Shown: positions 53,787 through 63,156, numbered from the stretch's first letter. The stretch is 64,000 nucleotides of DNA from Candidatus Helarchaeota archaeon (GCA_019058315.1 JAHPZH010000001.1:439536-503535), one strand, 5' to 3'. Notes: generated from the letters alone by a model not told the origin. Numbers and translations are program-made.

Positions 53787-54050
53787 ATGACTCGATACGA
53801 AGCATTTTTATGCAATGACTGTGGTTGGGGCAGTAAGAAAGATAACTGCGTCAAATGTGGTAAATGGATAGGATCCTCTGGCGTCCCCGCTATATTGTGC
53901 GACGATTGTGGGTGGGGCTCTAAAAAAGACGACTGTGTGAAATGTGGAAAGTGGATGGGTTCAACCAAAATCCCAGCAATGCTATGCAATGATTGTGGAT
54001 GGGGCTCAAAAAAAGATAATTGTGCAAAATGTGGTAGATGGGCTCCCTAA
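53787..54050 (+). CDS. Threefold-repeat 12-Cys zinc protein, PHF5/Rds3-like
   Basis: Three units of period 29 aa, LCxDCGWGSKKDxCxKCG; synonymous divergence between the DNA repeats. Confidence 0.75.
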   Translation: MTRYEAFLCNDCGWGSKKDNCVKCGKWIGSSGVPAILCDDCGWGSKKDDCVKCGKWMGSTKIPAMLCNDCGWGSKKDNCAKCGRWAP

Positions 54051-54131
54051 TACTCGTATACATTATATCTTATAATTTTTTCATTTTTCATTATTTAAGT
54101 TTTTAAAATTTGAATATAATTAGGTACTTAG

Positions 54132-54881
54132 ATGAAGCTTAATAAATTACAAATATCCATCATTGCTTGTGGTTGGTTTTATTCAGCATATTTTGCAATC
54201 TGGGCTTTTATTGTGTATTCCACAAGCAATCCCTATAATGCTTATGGATATGGGCTGGCAGGAACATTTATTGGTGGAATTACGAAGGCATTGACTTTCT
54301 TCTTCGTTAATGGATTAATAATTCTTGTTAGTTCTATTCTAATTATCCTTGATAATCGTCAAAGACAAGATGAAATAGATCGGGCTCTTCAAAAAACTGA
54401 TTATATACGGATAATTCTTTTAATAGTTGCATTCTTTTTTGCCCTTCCTTGGTTATTTGCGATTCATGGAATATTTATTTCAGACATCCCTATATTAAAT
54501 TTAATATTTTTAGGAAGGCAACCGGGAATTCTCGGCACAAACTTTTTTGATTATATTTATCCTTCCGTACACCTCGGATTGCATCATGGTACAGATGGTT
54601 ATTTACATATTTCTTATGCCATCCTTCTTTCAATCCTAATTTTCAAAATGAAAAATCCAATAATTCGTAATGTCTCAATTTTTGGAATGGGTTTTCTAGC
54701 ATCTTACGGTCTTATTGCATATTTGGAGGATATTTTTCATGAACAAATTCTAAAACGAGGTTTTCTTCCTCCTATTTGGCATTTAATAAAATTATTTTAT
54801 GATTATGGCATATTCTTTGGACTAATATTCGGATTAATAATTTTAATTTTTGGAGTGTATTATTTTCACGAAAAAGAATAA
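54132..54881 (+). CDS. Membrane protein
   Basis: About six TM segments with VHLGLHHG motif. Confidence 0.7.
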   Translation: MKLNKLQISIIACGWFYSAYFAIWAFIVYSTSNPYNAYGYGLAGTFIGGITKALTFFFVNGLIILVSSILIILDNRQRQDEIDRALQKTDYIRIILLIVAFFFALPWLFAIHGIFISDIPILNLIFLGRQPGILGTNFFDYIYPSVHLGLHHGTDGYLHISYAILLSILIFKMKNPIIRNVSIFGMGFLASYGLIAYLEDIFHEQILKRGFLPPIWHLIKLFYDYGIFFGLIFGLIILIFGVYYFHEKE

Positions 54882-54890
54882 GAGCTATTA

Positions 54891-55085
54891 TCATCTAGTA
54901 TCGAAAATAAATACAAGAATGGAGCAAATCCCAAACCCTAAAAATATAAGCCCCTCATTAAGAAAATAGCCAAAACTAGGTACAATTAATAAAAGAATGA
55001 GTAAGAATCCACCTAAACCAGTAAAAGAGATACCTAGGATTAGGAAAAAATATTTTTCTAAAGTCGATTTCCTTCTGACTGACAC
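54891..55085 (-). CDS. Small two-TM protein
   Basis: 64 aa, two hydrophobic helices. Confidence 0.5.
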   Translation of the reverse strand: MSVRRKSTLEKYFFLILGISFTGLGGFLLILLLIVPSFGYFLNEGLIFLGFGICSILVFIFDTR

Positions 55086-55121
55086 TATTTTCTACCATAA
55101 TATATTTTTGAATTATTTATC

Positions 55122-55199
55122 GAATTATTTAACGGGCACAAACCGCTGGTCAATTATTTCTTCAAAGATTTATAAAAATAATTTCATCCCAAATAATTC
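55122..55199 (-). promoter_or_regulatory. Eukaryote-type SECIS element in the 3' UTR
   Basis: GAAUUAUUU/AAAUAAUUC helix I, AUGAA.../...UGAC core, ~9-10 bp helix II, apical AAA; 14 nt after the stop of the UGA-containing gene. Confidence 0.8.
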
Positions 55200-55213
55200 T
55201 ATTATTCTTAAAT

Positions 55214-55852
55214 TTAGCTTGGTTTATTTTTAAGATAAACATTTTCGAATATTTGTTTAAAAGTTTCAATTGGTTGACAGCCTGCAAATAATGCTTTTTT
55301 TATATTACCTGCTATAAAGGCGGGAACTGCAGAAATTCCATAAGAAAAAGCCTCTTGTTTCGATTGTTCAACAATAGGAGTAAATAATCCCGTATTTAAT
55401 TCTTCCTCAAGTTCTTCGATATTTAAACCCGTTTCAGCAGCTACGTTTAAAATAACTTTTAGTTTTTCTATGTCTTTCATATCTAAGAAGTAGGCTTTAT
55501 ACATCAAATCCTGAAACATCTCATATTTTTCAGGTTGTAATCTAGCAAATTCAGCTGCTTCAAGTGCTAATCTTGATTTGGATAATGCATTTGGAAGCTT
55601 GATTGAGATATTATTAGTATTTGCAATTTTTTCAATTCGTTTCCAAAAAGATTTAATATAATCATTTACATCAATCGGCAAAAAGGACATTGCCAAATCT
55701 GCTTCAAGCCCCTTTGGATGAAGTTCATATGGTTTCCACGTAATTAACAATTTATATTCTCCTTCTGCATCAATCTTTTTAAGAATCTCCTTAGCTAAAT
55801 AACACCATGGTCAAATAAAATCAAACCAAGCAATAATATTAATTTCTTTCAA
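55214..55852 (-). CDS. DsbA/FrnE-family selenoprotein (UPWC active site)
   Basis: TTG at 55852 after GGAGTGA; MKEINIIAWFDFI-TGA(55813-55811)-PWCY in frame with the listed 178-aa ORF; PYELHP, GISAVPAF, GCQP. Confidence 0.9.
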
Positions 55853-56158
55853 TATATCACTCCGATATTTTATTAATTAGACTAAATATTTCTTTTAATT
55901 TATTCACTATTTTAAAGTTAAAAACATAATATAAAAAATATATTTTAATTTGTTCAATTTAAGTTCAATCTTTGTATATTATTTTATTCTTTATTAAAAT
56001 TCTTAATAATTAATTTAAATTCGTTACACTCCCGAAATGTCCATCAATTCGAAATTTTGTCGACATTTTCTTTGTCAAAAAGACTTATAAGACAAAAGAA
56101 ATAATATATCTCAAACAATTTCAATTTTTAACACCGGGATACTAAAGGAAGTTTTAGA

Positions 56159-56587
56159 ACGAATCACGAGGAAAATAATGGCTCAGTTCCCGATTGGGTA
56201 AAAAACCTTTTTAAGGATATTTCTCCAGAGTCATCAAAAGGCGAAATTCAAGAAGCTCATGATTGGGCAAAGGAAATTATTCGGACCACTGAACAGAAAA
56301 AATCCCGAGACCCATATTGGATAGAATACCCTCTAATACAACGAGAGGCAAAATTATTAGAAGGTGAACATCTTAAAATTTATGGGTATATTCGTTCCAA
56401 TCCCACTTATGATTTAAATAATCTCTTTTTAAGAAGTGGTTGTGAAGAAAATAAATTCTTTAAAATAGTTAATGATTTAATTAACTACAATTATTTGAGA
56501 ATATTTTTTGTTTATTACTCCCTTGATTATACAAATCGACAATCTGCTTCTCCATTTTTAAGAATGAAAAAAAAAGCAGTAACATAA
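56159..56587 (+). CDS. Hypothetical protein with winged-helix-like C-terminal half; non-canonical (ACG) or lost start
   Basis: Stop-free frame 56132-56587 (151 codons); AAAGGAAG 7 nt before ACG. Confidence 0.5.
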   Translation, partial: TNHEENNGSVPDWVKNLFKDISPESSKGEIQEAHDWAKEIIRTTEQKKSRDPYWIEYPLIQREAKLLEGEHLKIYGYIRSNPTYDLNNLFLRSGCEENKFFKIVNDLINYNYLRIFFVYYSLDYTNRQSASPFLRMKKKAVT

Positions 56588-56627
56588 TGGATTCAAATTA
56601 GTATTAGAATATGGGAGGAAGAAATTT

Positions 56628-56993
56628 TTGACAGATATGTCCAATAAATCTAAATTAGATGATATAAGAAAACTTATTGAGCTTATGGGCGCAAAAAATA
56701 TCGCACGGCAATCGTTCGATTTTATTTTACAATCTTATAAGGAACAAGACCCTGAGATATATGAAATTTTAGAAAAAAGAATTAATTTAGAAGAATTGAT
56801 TGTTGAAATTTTGACTAATGTATATAATAAATATTTCACTGAAGCTGAAATTGAAGAATTGATACGTTTTTATGAAAGTTCGCTTGGAAAAAAATTATTG
56901 AGCTTAAGCCCTAAAATGTTTCAGGAAGCTGCGCAAATGGCTCAAGAACATGTTCAGAAAAAATTAGAAGAATATACGGATTATTTCTCTTAA
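56628..56993 (+). CDS. DUF2059-like protein
   Basis: YNKYFTEAEIEELIRFYESSLGKKL. Confidence 0.8.
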   Translation: MTDMSNKSKLDDIRKLIELMGAKNIARQSFDFILQSYKEQDPEIYEILEKRINLEELIVEILTNVYNKYFTEAEIEELIRFYESSLGKKLLSLSPKMFQEAAQMAQEHVQKKLEEYTDYFS

Positions 56994-58081
56994 TAAAAAT
57001 CTTTAATTTTTTTAGATAGTTTATCAATTTCCTTTTGTAGGTGTTCATAATCTTCCAATTTTAAACCTTTCATTTTGCTTTTCGCTTCTAATATTCCTAA
57101 TTTCTGAATTAGTCTATTTAATTCTTCTTTTCTTTTTTCTTCAGTTTGTTTTAAAAAATTAACTATAAAATATGCTCCACTTTGATAGAGTTCCTTGTCC
57201 TCTTTTGATAAAAGCTCTGGACTAAGTTTAAAGTTCAATAAATTTTCTAATTTACCTAGTCCCTCAATTTTTTTTATTTTATTATTTGCCAGATATAAAT
57301 CCTTTAAATTCTTCAGATTTTCTAATCCCTCAATATTCATAATCTGATTATTACTAATTCCAAGACTAGTTAAGTTTCTTAGGTTTGTTAATCCTTCAAT
57401 TTTTTTAATCTGATTATTATTTAACCATAATTCATTTAAATTCGGGAGAGTATAAAGGCCCTCTATTTTTTGAATTTTATTGAAATCAGCACTTAATAAT
57501 TCTAAATTCTTAAGATTACTTAGACCTTCTATTTTTGTGATATCATTATTGTATATAAATAACTTTTTTAGATTGATGAGATAATCTAATCCTTCAATTT
57601 TTTTTATTTTATTATGGTGAATACTCAGTTCTTCCAAGTTTTTGAGATTATCCAATCCCTCAATTTTTTGAATATTGTTATTACCAATCCAAAGAATTAT
57701 TAAATCTGAAAGGTTTTCAAGGCCTTCTATTCGTTCTATTTGATTATTATATAAGCTCAATTTTACTAATTGTTTTAGGTTATCAAGCCCCTCAATTTTG
57801 GTAATTTTATTTGTAGATATATGTAAACATTCTAGTTGGGACAGATTTTCTAATCTCTCTATTTTTATAATTTGATTCGAATTAAGATTTAATTCCCTTA
57901 AATGTGTTAAACTCTCAATATTTTTAGGAATTTCTGTCAAATCACTATGAAATAAACTAAACTTTACTACATATCCATTTTTATCAATATCAAGTTGATA
58001 GGAAGCTAATTTATATTTATCATTCAATTTCGAAATTACTTCTCTTTCTTGCGTATCCTTAATTTCTTGGATTGCTTTCAT
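56990..58081 (-). CDS. Leucine-rich repeat protein (SDS22/internalin-type)
   Basis: About ten 22-aa NxIxKIEGL repeats plus C-terminal helix. Confidence 0.88.
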   Translation of the reverse strand: MKAIQEIKDTQEREVISKLNDKYKLASYQLDIDKNGYVVKFSLFHSDLTEIPKNIESLTHLRELNLNSNQIIKIERLENLSQLECLHISTNKITKIEGLDNLKQLVKLSLYNNQIERIEGLENLSDLIILWIGNNNIQKIEGLDNLKNLEELSIHHNKIKKIEGLDYLINLKKLFIYNNDITKIEGLSNLKNLELLSADFNKIQKIEGLYTLPNLNELWLNNNQIKKIEGLTNLRNLTSLGISNNQIMNIEGLENLKNLKDLYLANNKIKKIEGLGKLENLLNFKLSPELLSKEDKELYQSGAYFIVNFLKQTEEKRKEELNRLIQKLGILEAKSKMKGLKLEDYEHLQKEIDKLSKKIKDFY

Positions 58082-58224
58082 TGAAAATCCCTATTAGTAA
58101 TATGCCTTTAAACTCAAATAATTCTTAGTATTATGAATTATCTTAATAATTTATACGATAAAATAATTTAGGATATAATTAAAAGTAGTTTTTTAAATTG
58201 TTTAGTTAAAATTGGAAGTAATAT

Positions 58225-59073
58225 TTAAAAATCCCATTTCTTTAATTTTCTTTTCTTGGGTTTCGCTGTTTTCTTTAATAATTCATCCTTAGCAATCAAT
58301 GCTGCACCTAATGCACCAATTATCTGAGGATCTATGGGGACTTGTAAAAGTTTCATTCCTAATTTTTCTTCAAGAGCTTTTTTCACACCGATATTTTTAG
58401 CTACGCCACCTGTTATAGTCAGATCAGGTTCTAATCCAACCCTATTAATTAATGACATTGTCCGGCTAGCTATTGATTGATGCAGTCCTGCAACTATATC
58501 TACGACTCTTTTGCCTTCTGCAACTAAACTGACTACTTCTGATTCTGCAAAAACACTACATTGTGAAGTTATCAGTGCTGGGCGTTTAGATTTTAAAGAT
58601 AATGGTCCTAATTCATCAAGAGTAGTCTCAAGAGCTTTTGCCATAACTTCTAAAAATCTACCTGTACCAGCAGCGCATTTATCATTCATTGCAAAATCTA
58701 CTAATTTTCCAGTTTTATCAATTTTAATGACTTTGCAATCTTGACCCCCAATATCCACTATTGTGCGTACAGAAGGAAGAAAATGATGCGCTCCTCGCCC
58801 ATGACAAGTGATTTCTGAAATATTTTGATTCGCAAAGGGAACACGGACACGCCCGTAACCTGTGCCCACAATAAATTCAATATCATCTCGAGTTAAGCCG
58901 GTTTCTTGAAGTACTTCATCCATTGCATCATTTGAAGTCTTAGATGGGAGGATTCTTGTAGGTACTACTGAACTTGCTAATATAACCGGTTCATCGGAAT
59001 TATCTTCACCATTAAATTTAAGAAGAACTGCCTTTCCGGTTAGAGAACCGACATCAATTCCAGCAACAATCAA
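58225..59073 (-). CDS. 2-hydroxyacyl-CoA dehydratase activase (HgdC/BadFG-family ATPase)
   Basis: GIDVGS, TGYGR, DIGGQD, NDKCAAGTGRFL, CSVFAESE, GGVAKN. Confidence 0.93.
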   Translation of the reverse strand: MIVAGIDVGSLTGKAVLLKFNGEDNSDEPVILASSVVPTRILPSKTSNDAMDEVLQETGLTRDDIEFIVGTGYGRVRVPFANQNISEITCHGRGAHHFLPSVRTIVDIGGQDCKVIKIDKTGKLVDFAMNDKCAAGTGRFLEVMAKALETTLDELGPLSLKSKRPALITSQCSVFAESEVVSLVAEGKRVVDIVAGLHQSIASRTMSLINRVGLEPDLTITGGVAKNIGVKKALEEKLGMKLLQVPIDPQIIGALGAALIAKDELLKKTAKPKKRKLKKWDF

Positions 59074-59277
59074 ATGCGCAACCTCGAAATTTTAAAAAAG
59101 TAATAGACAAATTAAGCTTCAAGTAATTCTAAGTAATTAATTTTTTAAAAGTAATTATAATAGGTTTGATAATTAGTTAAGATTTCAATTAGAAATGTAT
59201 TAGAATTACAAAAGTTTATAATTATTTTATCGATAAAATTAATTAATGAATCGAAATTGTTTTTGAGGATTATTTAA

Positions 59278-60060
59278 TTGGTGAAAAACAATTTAAATAA
59301 AAGGGTAATTGCCGTTGTGGGTAAGGGTGGGACTGGAAAGACTATAACTACTGCATTAATGGCTAAAATCATAGCTAGAAGTAAAAAATATAAGTTATTC
59401 CTGATTGATGCAGATCCAGCAATGGCACATCTAGCAAGGGTTTTAGGTTTAGATGTTTCCAAAACTTTAGAAGACATTCGTGATGAAATAATAGAAGTTG
59501 CAGGTAGAAAGATAACAGAAGAAAAAGAAGAAATGGTTAGAACTTTGGATTACAAAGTATTTGATGCGTTAGTAGAGGGAAAAGAATTCTCGTTATTAGC
59601 AATGGGTAGACCTGAAGGACCTGGCTGTTTTTGTCCTGCTAATGTCTTATTAAGGAAAAGTATTGAGGTTTTATCCAAATACTTTGATATTATGTTAATC
59701 GACTGTGAAGCAGGTTTAGAGCATATTAATAGAAAAGTGATACGAAATATTGATACCTTAATTATGGTTTCAGACTCTACTATTAGGGGAGTACAGACTG
59801 CAGAAGCTATAAATAAAGTCTCTGAGAAATTTACTAAAAGTAAAAATACAGGACTTGTAATTAATAGGGTAAAAAATTCAGCAGAAACAATTCAAAAATA
59901 TGCAGAAAAAGTGGGTTTAAAGATATTAGGATTAATACCTGAAGATCCTTACATTACTGAATTAGATAATTCTGGTGGAACTTTAAAAGATCTCCCTGAA
60001 GATAGCCCTACTATAAGGGCTGTTGAAAAAATAATAAAAAATATTGGTATCGAACTTTAA
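59278..60060 (+). CDS. cooC: CooC/AcsF-type nickel-insertion ATPase
   Basis: GKGGTGKT, IDADP, GPGCFC, DCEAGLEH. Confidence 0.88.
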   Translation: MVKNNLNKRVIAVVGKGGTGKTITTALMAKIIARSKKYKLFLIDADPAMAHLARVLGLDVSKTLEDIRDEIIEVAGRKITEEKEEMVRTLDYKVFDALVEGKEFSLLAMGRPEGPGCFCPANVLLRKSIEVLSKYFDIMLIDCEAGLEHINRKVIRNIDTLIMVSDSTIRGVQTAEAINKVSEKFTKSKNTGLVINRVKNSAETIQKYAEKVGLKILGLIPEDPYITELDNSGGTLKDLPEDSPTIRAVEKIIKNIGIEL

Positions 60061-60779
60061 ATTAATTTTAAAGCTTCTTTTTGTTTTGAAATTAAGATTT
60101 TAATACCTTTTTCTGCTACATTTAATACTTCATCTAAGAGTTCTCTAGAGAAAGGCTCAATTTCAGCAGTTGCTTGAATCTCAACAAATTTTCCTGATTC
60201 AGTCATAATACAATTAAAATCAACATTAACCATGGAATCTTCCTGGTAATTCAAATCTAATAAAATTTGACTATCTGTAATTCCCGCGCTTATGGCTGCT
60301 ATAAATTCTATAATTGGATTCTCTGAAATTATATTATTCTCTAATAAATGATTCACTGCATCATAAAGCGCAATAAAAGCTCCTGTAATGGATGCAGTTC
60401 GTGTCCCTCCATCTGCTTGAATGACATCACAATCAATATAAACTGATCTTTCCCCTAATTTGTCTAGATCAATAGCAGCTCTTAAAGATCTACCAATTAA
60501 TCGTGAAATCTCCATTGTTCTGCCATGAATGTGACCTATCCTGCTTTCCCGCTCGTTTCTCGTATGGGTGGCCCTTGGAAGCATGGCATATTGAGCTGTT
60601 AACCATCCACTTCCTTTTCCCATCATCCATGGAGGTACTCTTTCAAGAACGCTCGCACAGCAAAGAACTTTTGTATCTCCAAATTCTATCAAGACATTAC
60701 CTTCTGGAAATTTAACAAAATTTCTTGTTATTGTCACAGTTCGTAATTCATCAAACTTTCTCTTATCTACTCGTTCCAT
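60057..60779 (-). CDS. rph: Bacterial-type ribonuclease PH
   Basis: GWLTAQYAMLPRAT, GRTMEISRLIGRSLR, DCDVIQADGGTRTASITG. Confidence 0.93.
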   Translation of the reverse strand: MERVDKRKFDELRTVTITRNFVKFPEGNVLIEFGDTKVLCCASVLERVPPWMMGKGSGWLTAQYAMLPRATHTRNERESRIGHIHGRTMEISRLIGRSLRAAIDLDKLGERSVYIDCDVIQADGGTRTASITGAFIALYDAVNHLLENNIISENPIIEFIAAISAGITDSQILLDLNYQEDSMVNVDFNCIMTESGKFVEIQATAEIEPFSRELLDEVLNVAEKGIKILISKQKEALKLI

Positions 60780-60900
60780 TTAAAAAATTTCCTTAATTTA
60801 TAAAATTGTATTAAATAAAACTTATTTGCTAATTGTTAAATTAAAACTTTTTAACTATTAATTATTATGGCTCATAACTCAAAAAAAATGAGGTTTTTTC

Positions 60901-61836
60901 ATGATAATTGACTTCCACACACACATTTGGACCGAAAAAATGGTTTCTCCAGGATATAAAAAATATCTAAATAATTTTTCGGAAATATCACATGTAGATA
61001 CTAATCAATATAAAGCAGATCCAAATAATCTAATTGAAGATTTGGATGAAGCGGAAATTGATAAGGCTGTTATATTCATTTCAGATTATTCGTTCACGGA
61101 AGCCAAAATGGCAACGTCTATTGAAGACTATATTAATTTTGTAATTAAAAGCTGTGATGAATATAATGATAAATTTATCGGATTAGTGGGTGTAGACCCC
61201 AGACATGGAGAGAAAGCACTAGATTTGATCAAATATGGAATTGAACAAGGTTTGAAAGGTTTAGTCTTAACTCCTACTACTGGGTTTTTTCTAAATGATA
61301 AAATTGTAACTCCTCTTTATGACCTTGCTCAAGAATTAAAAATTCCTATTATAATTCATGATTTTGAACTTGTTCCAATGCCATTTGCTATCAAATATAT
61401 CGACCCTTTTACTCTTGATGATGTATTAATGAAATATCCTGATGTAAAATTTGTTCTAGCACCAATTGGTATGGCAACTGGTCAAACAATAATGATGATA
61501 GCAATACGGCATTTAACTCATGTATATGGAGAAATTTCGGGGTTTACTACACAATTTCTGGTTAATAAAATGCCTGATATGTTTATCGTCCAGCCATTAG
61601 GGATGTCAAAAGCACTCTATGGATCCGAAAATATGCTTTTTGGTAGTAATTGGCCATTTTTTGAAAATGTAGTTCGCCTTAAGGAATGGACCCAGAAAAT
61701 TAGAAACGCAAAACTTCCTTTACTCATGAGACCTCTTGGATTCCCAAGCTTAGAGGACGAAGATAGGGAGAATATTTTAGGATTAAATGCCGCTAAGCTT
61801 TTTGGGGTAAAAATTGAGCGTCGCAAAAAGAAATAA
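60901..61836 (+). CDS. Amidohydrolase_2 family TIM-barrel protein
   Basis: IIDFHTH, PIIIH, LFGSNWP, ILGLNAAKL. Confidence 0.85.
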   Translation: MIIDFHTHIWTEKMVSPGYKKYLNNFSEISHVDTNQYKADPNNLIEDLDEAEIDKAVIFISDYSFTEAKMATSIEDYINFVIKSCDEYNDKFIGLVGVDPRHGEKALDLIKYGIEQGLKGLVLTPTTGFFLNDKIVTPLYDLAQELKIPIIIHDFELVPMPFAIKYIDPFTLDDVLMKYPDVKFVLAPIGMATGQTIMMIAIRHLTHVYGEISGFTTQFLVNKMPDMFIVQPLGMSKALYGSENMLFGSNWPFFENVVRLKEWTQKIRNAKLPLLMRPLGFPSLEDEDRENILGLNAAKLFGVKIERRKKK

Positions 61837-61889
61837 ATTTATATTTAATACTATATCTTTTTATAAGACTTCTTAAGAATGATTATATC

Positions 61890-62663
61890 ATGAAAAATTT
61901 GTACAGCGAACATACAATTATTAAAGAAAGTGATATTTTTATTAAGTCAGACCTCAAACTCGCCATAGATAAGGCGATTGAATCTATTAAAAAAAATCGT
62001 AAGATCTTAGAAAGATATATCAAAAAACATCCCGATTTTAAAAGTTCTTTTAAACCGATTAAGATTAATAAAGATGCTCCTCTAATAATAAGAATGATGG
62101 CTCTAGCTGCAGAAAAATCGGAAGTAGGACCGATGGCTGCAGTTGCTGGTGCATTAGCTGATTTGGGATTGGATGATATGCGTAAAATCGAAGCTAAGGT
62201 TTGTGTTATTGAGAATGGAGGGGAGATAAGTGCTTATTCCAATATCCAAATAGATGTTGGAATTTATGCTGGTGAATCAATTCTATCTGAGAAAATAGGA
62301 TTTAGATTGAATCCAAAGGATTTTCCTATAGGTATTGGAACAAGCTCAGGAACTGTAGGTCATGCATTTAGTTTCGGAGTTGCGGATGCTGCTATAGCAA
62401 TTGCGGATAATGCAACACTTGCTGATGCTGCGGCAACAGCAATAGGAAATGAAGTACGTGGAAAAGATCGGGAAAAATCTATACAAAATGGTCTAGAAGT
62501 TGCAGAGACTATTGAAGGAGTTAGAGGTGCCTTTATAATACTTGGAGATAAAGCTGGTACTGTTGGAAAGCTTCCACAATTTATAAAAATTAAAGGAAAA
62601 AAATGGGAACTCGTAAAGCAAAAATTAGATTTTTTACCAGATTACATAAGAGATTTTTATTAA
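61890..62663 (+). CDS. UPF0280 / ApbE-like protein
   Basis: GPMAAVAG, ENGGEI, TSSGTVGH, ADAAAT. Confidence 0.9.
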   Translation: MKNLYSEHTIIKESDIFIKSDLKLAIDKAIESIKKNRKILERYIKKHPDFKSSFKPIKINKDAPLIIRMMALAAEKSEVGPMAAVAGALADLGLDDMRKIEAKVCVIENGGEISAYSNIQIDVGIYAGESILSEKIGFRLNPKDFPIGIGTSSGTVGHAFSFGVADAAIAIADNATLADAAATAIGNEVRGKDREKSIQNGLEVAETIEGVRGAFIILGDKAGTVGKLPQFIKIKGKKWELVKQKLDFLPDYIRDFY

Positions 62664-62716
62664 ACTGTGTTCAAAATCTATTTCTCTGAGGATGTGATTA
62701 TGAGAAAACAAGACCC

Positions 62717-62890
62717 TTATTTTACGAAGTGATCAATTTTTCTTTGTATTGTTGGTTCAAATTTGTCACATTTAATTGGTAATTTAGCTATATACTCCTT
62801 GTTAAGTTCACAATAGGCTAACCTACTAATTTTTCCCCATTTGCACTTACTACACATGTTTTCAATTTTTCTTTTTATCTTTATGGTCAA
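62717..62890 (-). CDS. 57-aa four-Cys micro-protein with PIP-box-like tail
   Basis: MTIKIKRKIENMCSKCKWGKISRLAYCELNKEYIAKLPIKCDKFEPTIQRKIDHFVK; below the ORF-track length cutoff. Confidence 0.5.
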   Translation of the reverse strand: MTIKIKRKIENMCSKCKWGKISRLAYCELNKEYIAKLPIKCDKFEPTIQRKIDHFVK

Positions 62891-63156
62891 AAATCGTTCT
62901 CCAAAATATTAGACTAATAGAATTAAGGATTAAAACATATTATAATTTAATTACTTATTGTCGGTGATAATAAGGATAAACAATATAATCTTTGATGAAT
63001 TTATTGATTACTTGGACAAATGACATTTTAAGTTGAAAAAATTTTTTAATTTTAACCTTCTTTTATTATTCTGCTATAATAATTTTTTATTTTAAGTGGA
63101 TTAATAAGAATTTAATATAAAAATAGTTTTATTATTTTTTAAAAAGGATGATTATT

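Noticed and set aside
53787-54050. 87-bp periodicity as a CRISPR or non-coding tandem repeat
   Set aside because: Period is a multiple of three and differences are largely synonymous, so it is a protein repeat.
4505-61826. Many short ORFs overlapping real genes (e.g. 5435-5674, 9927-10238, 42570-42902, 43251-43667, 46697-47053, 53783-53989, 60503-60715)
   Set aside because: Antisense or off-frame shadows of well-supported CDSs, with no motifs.
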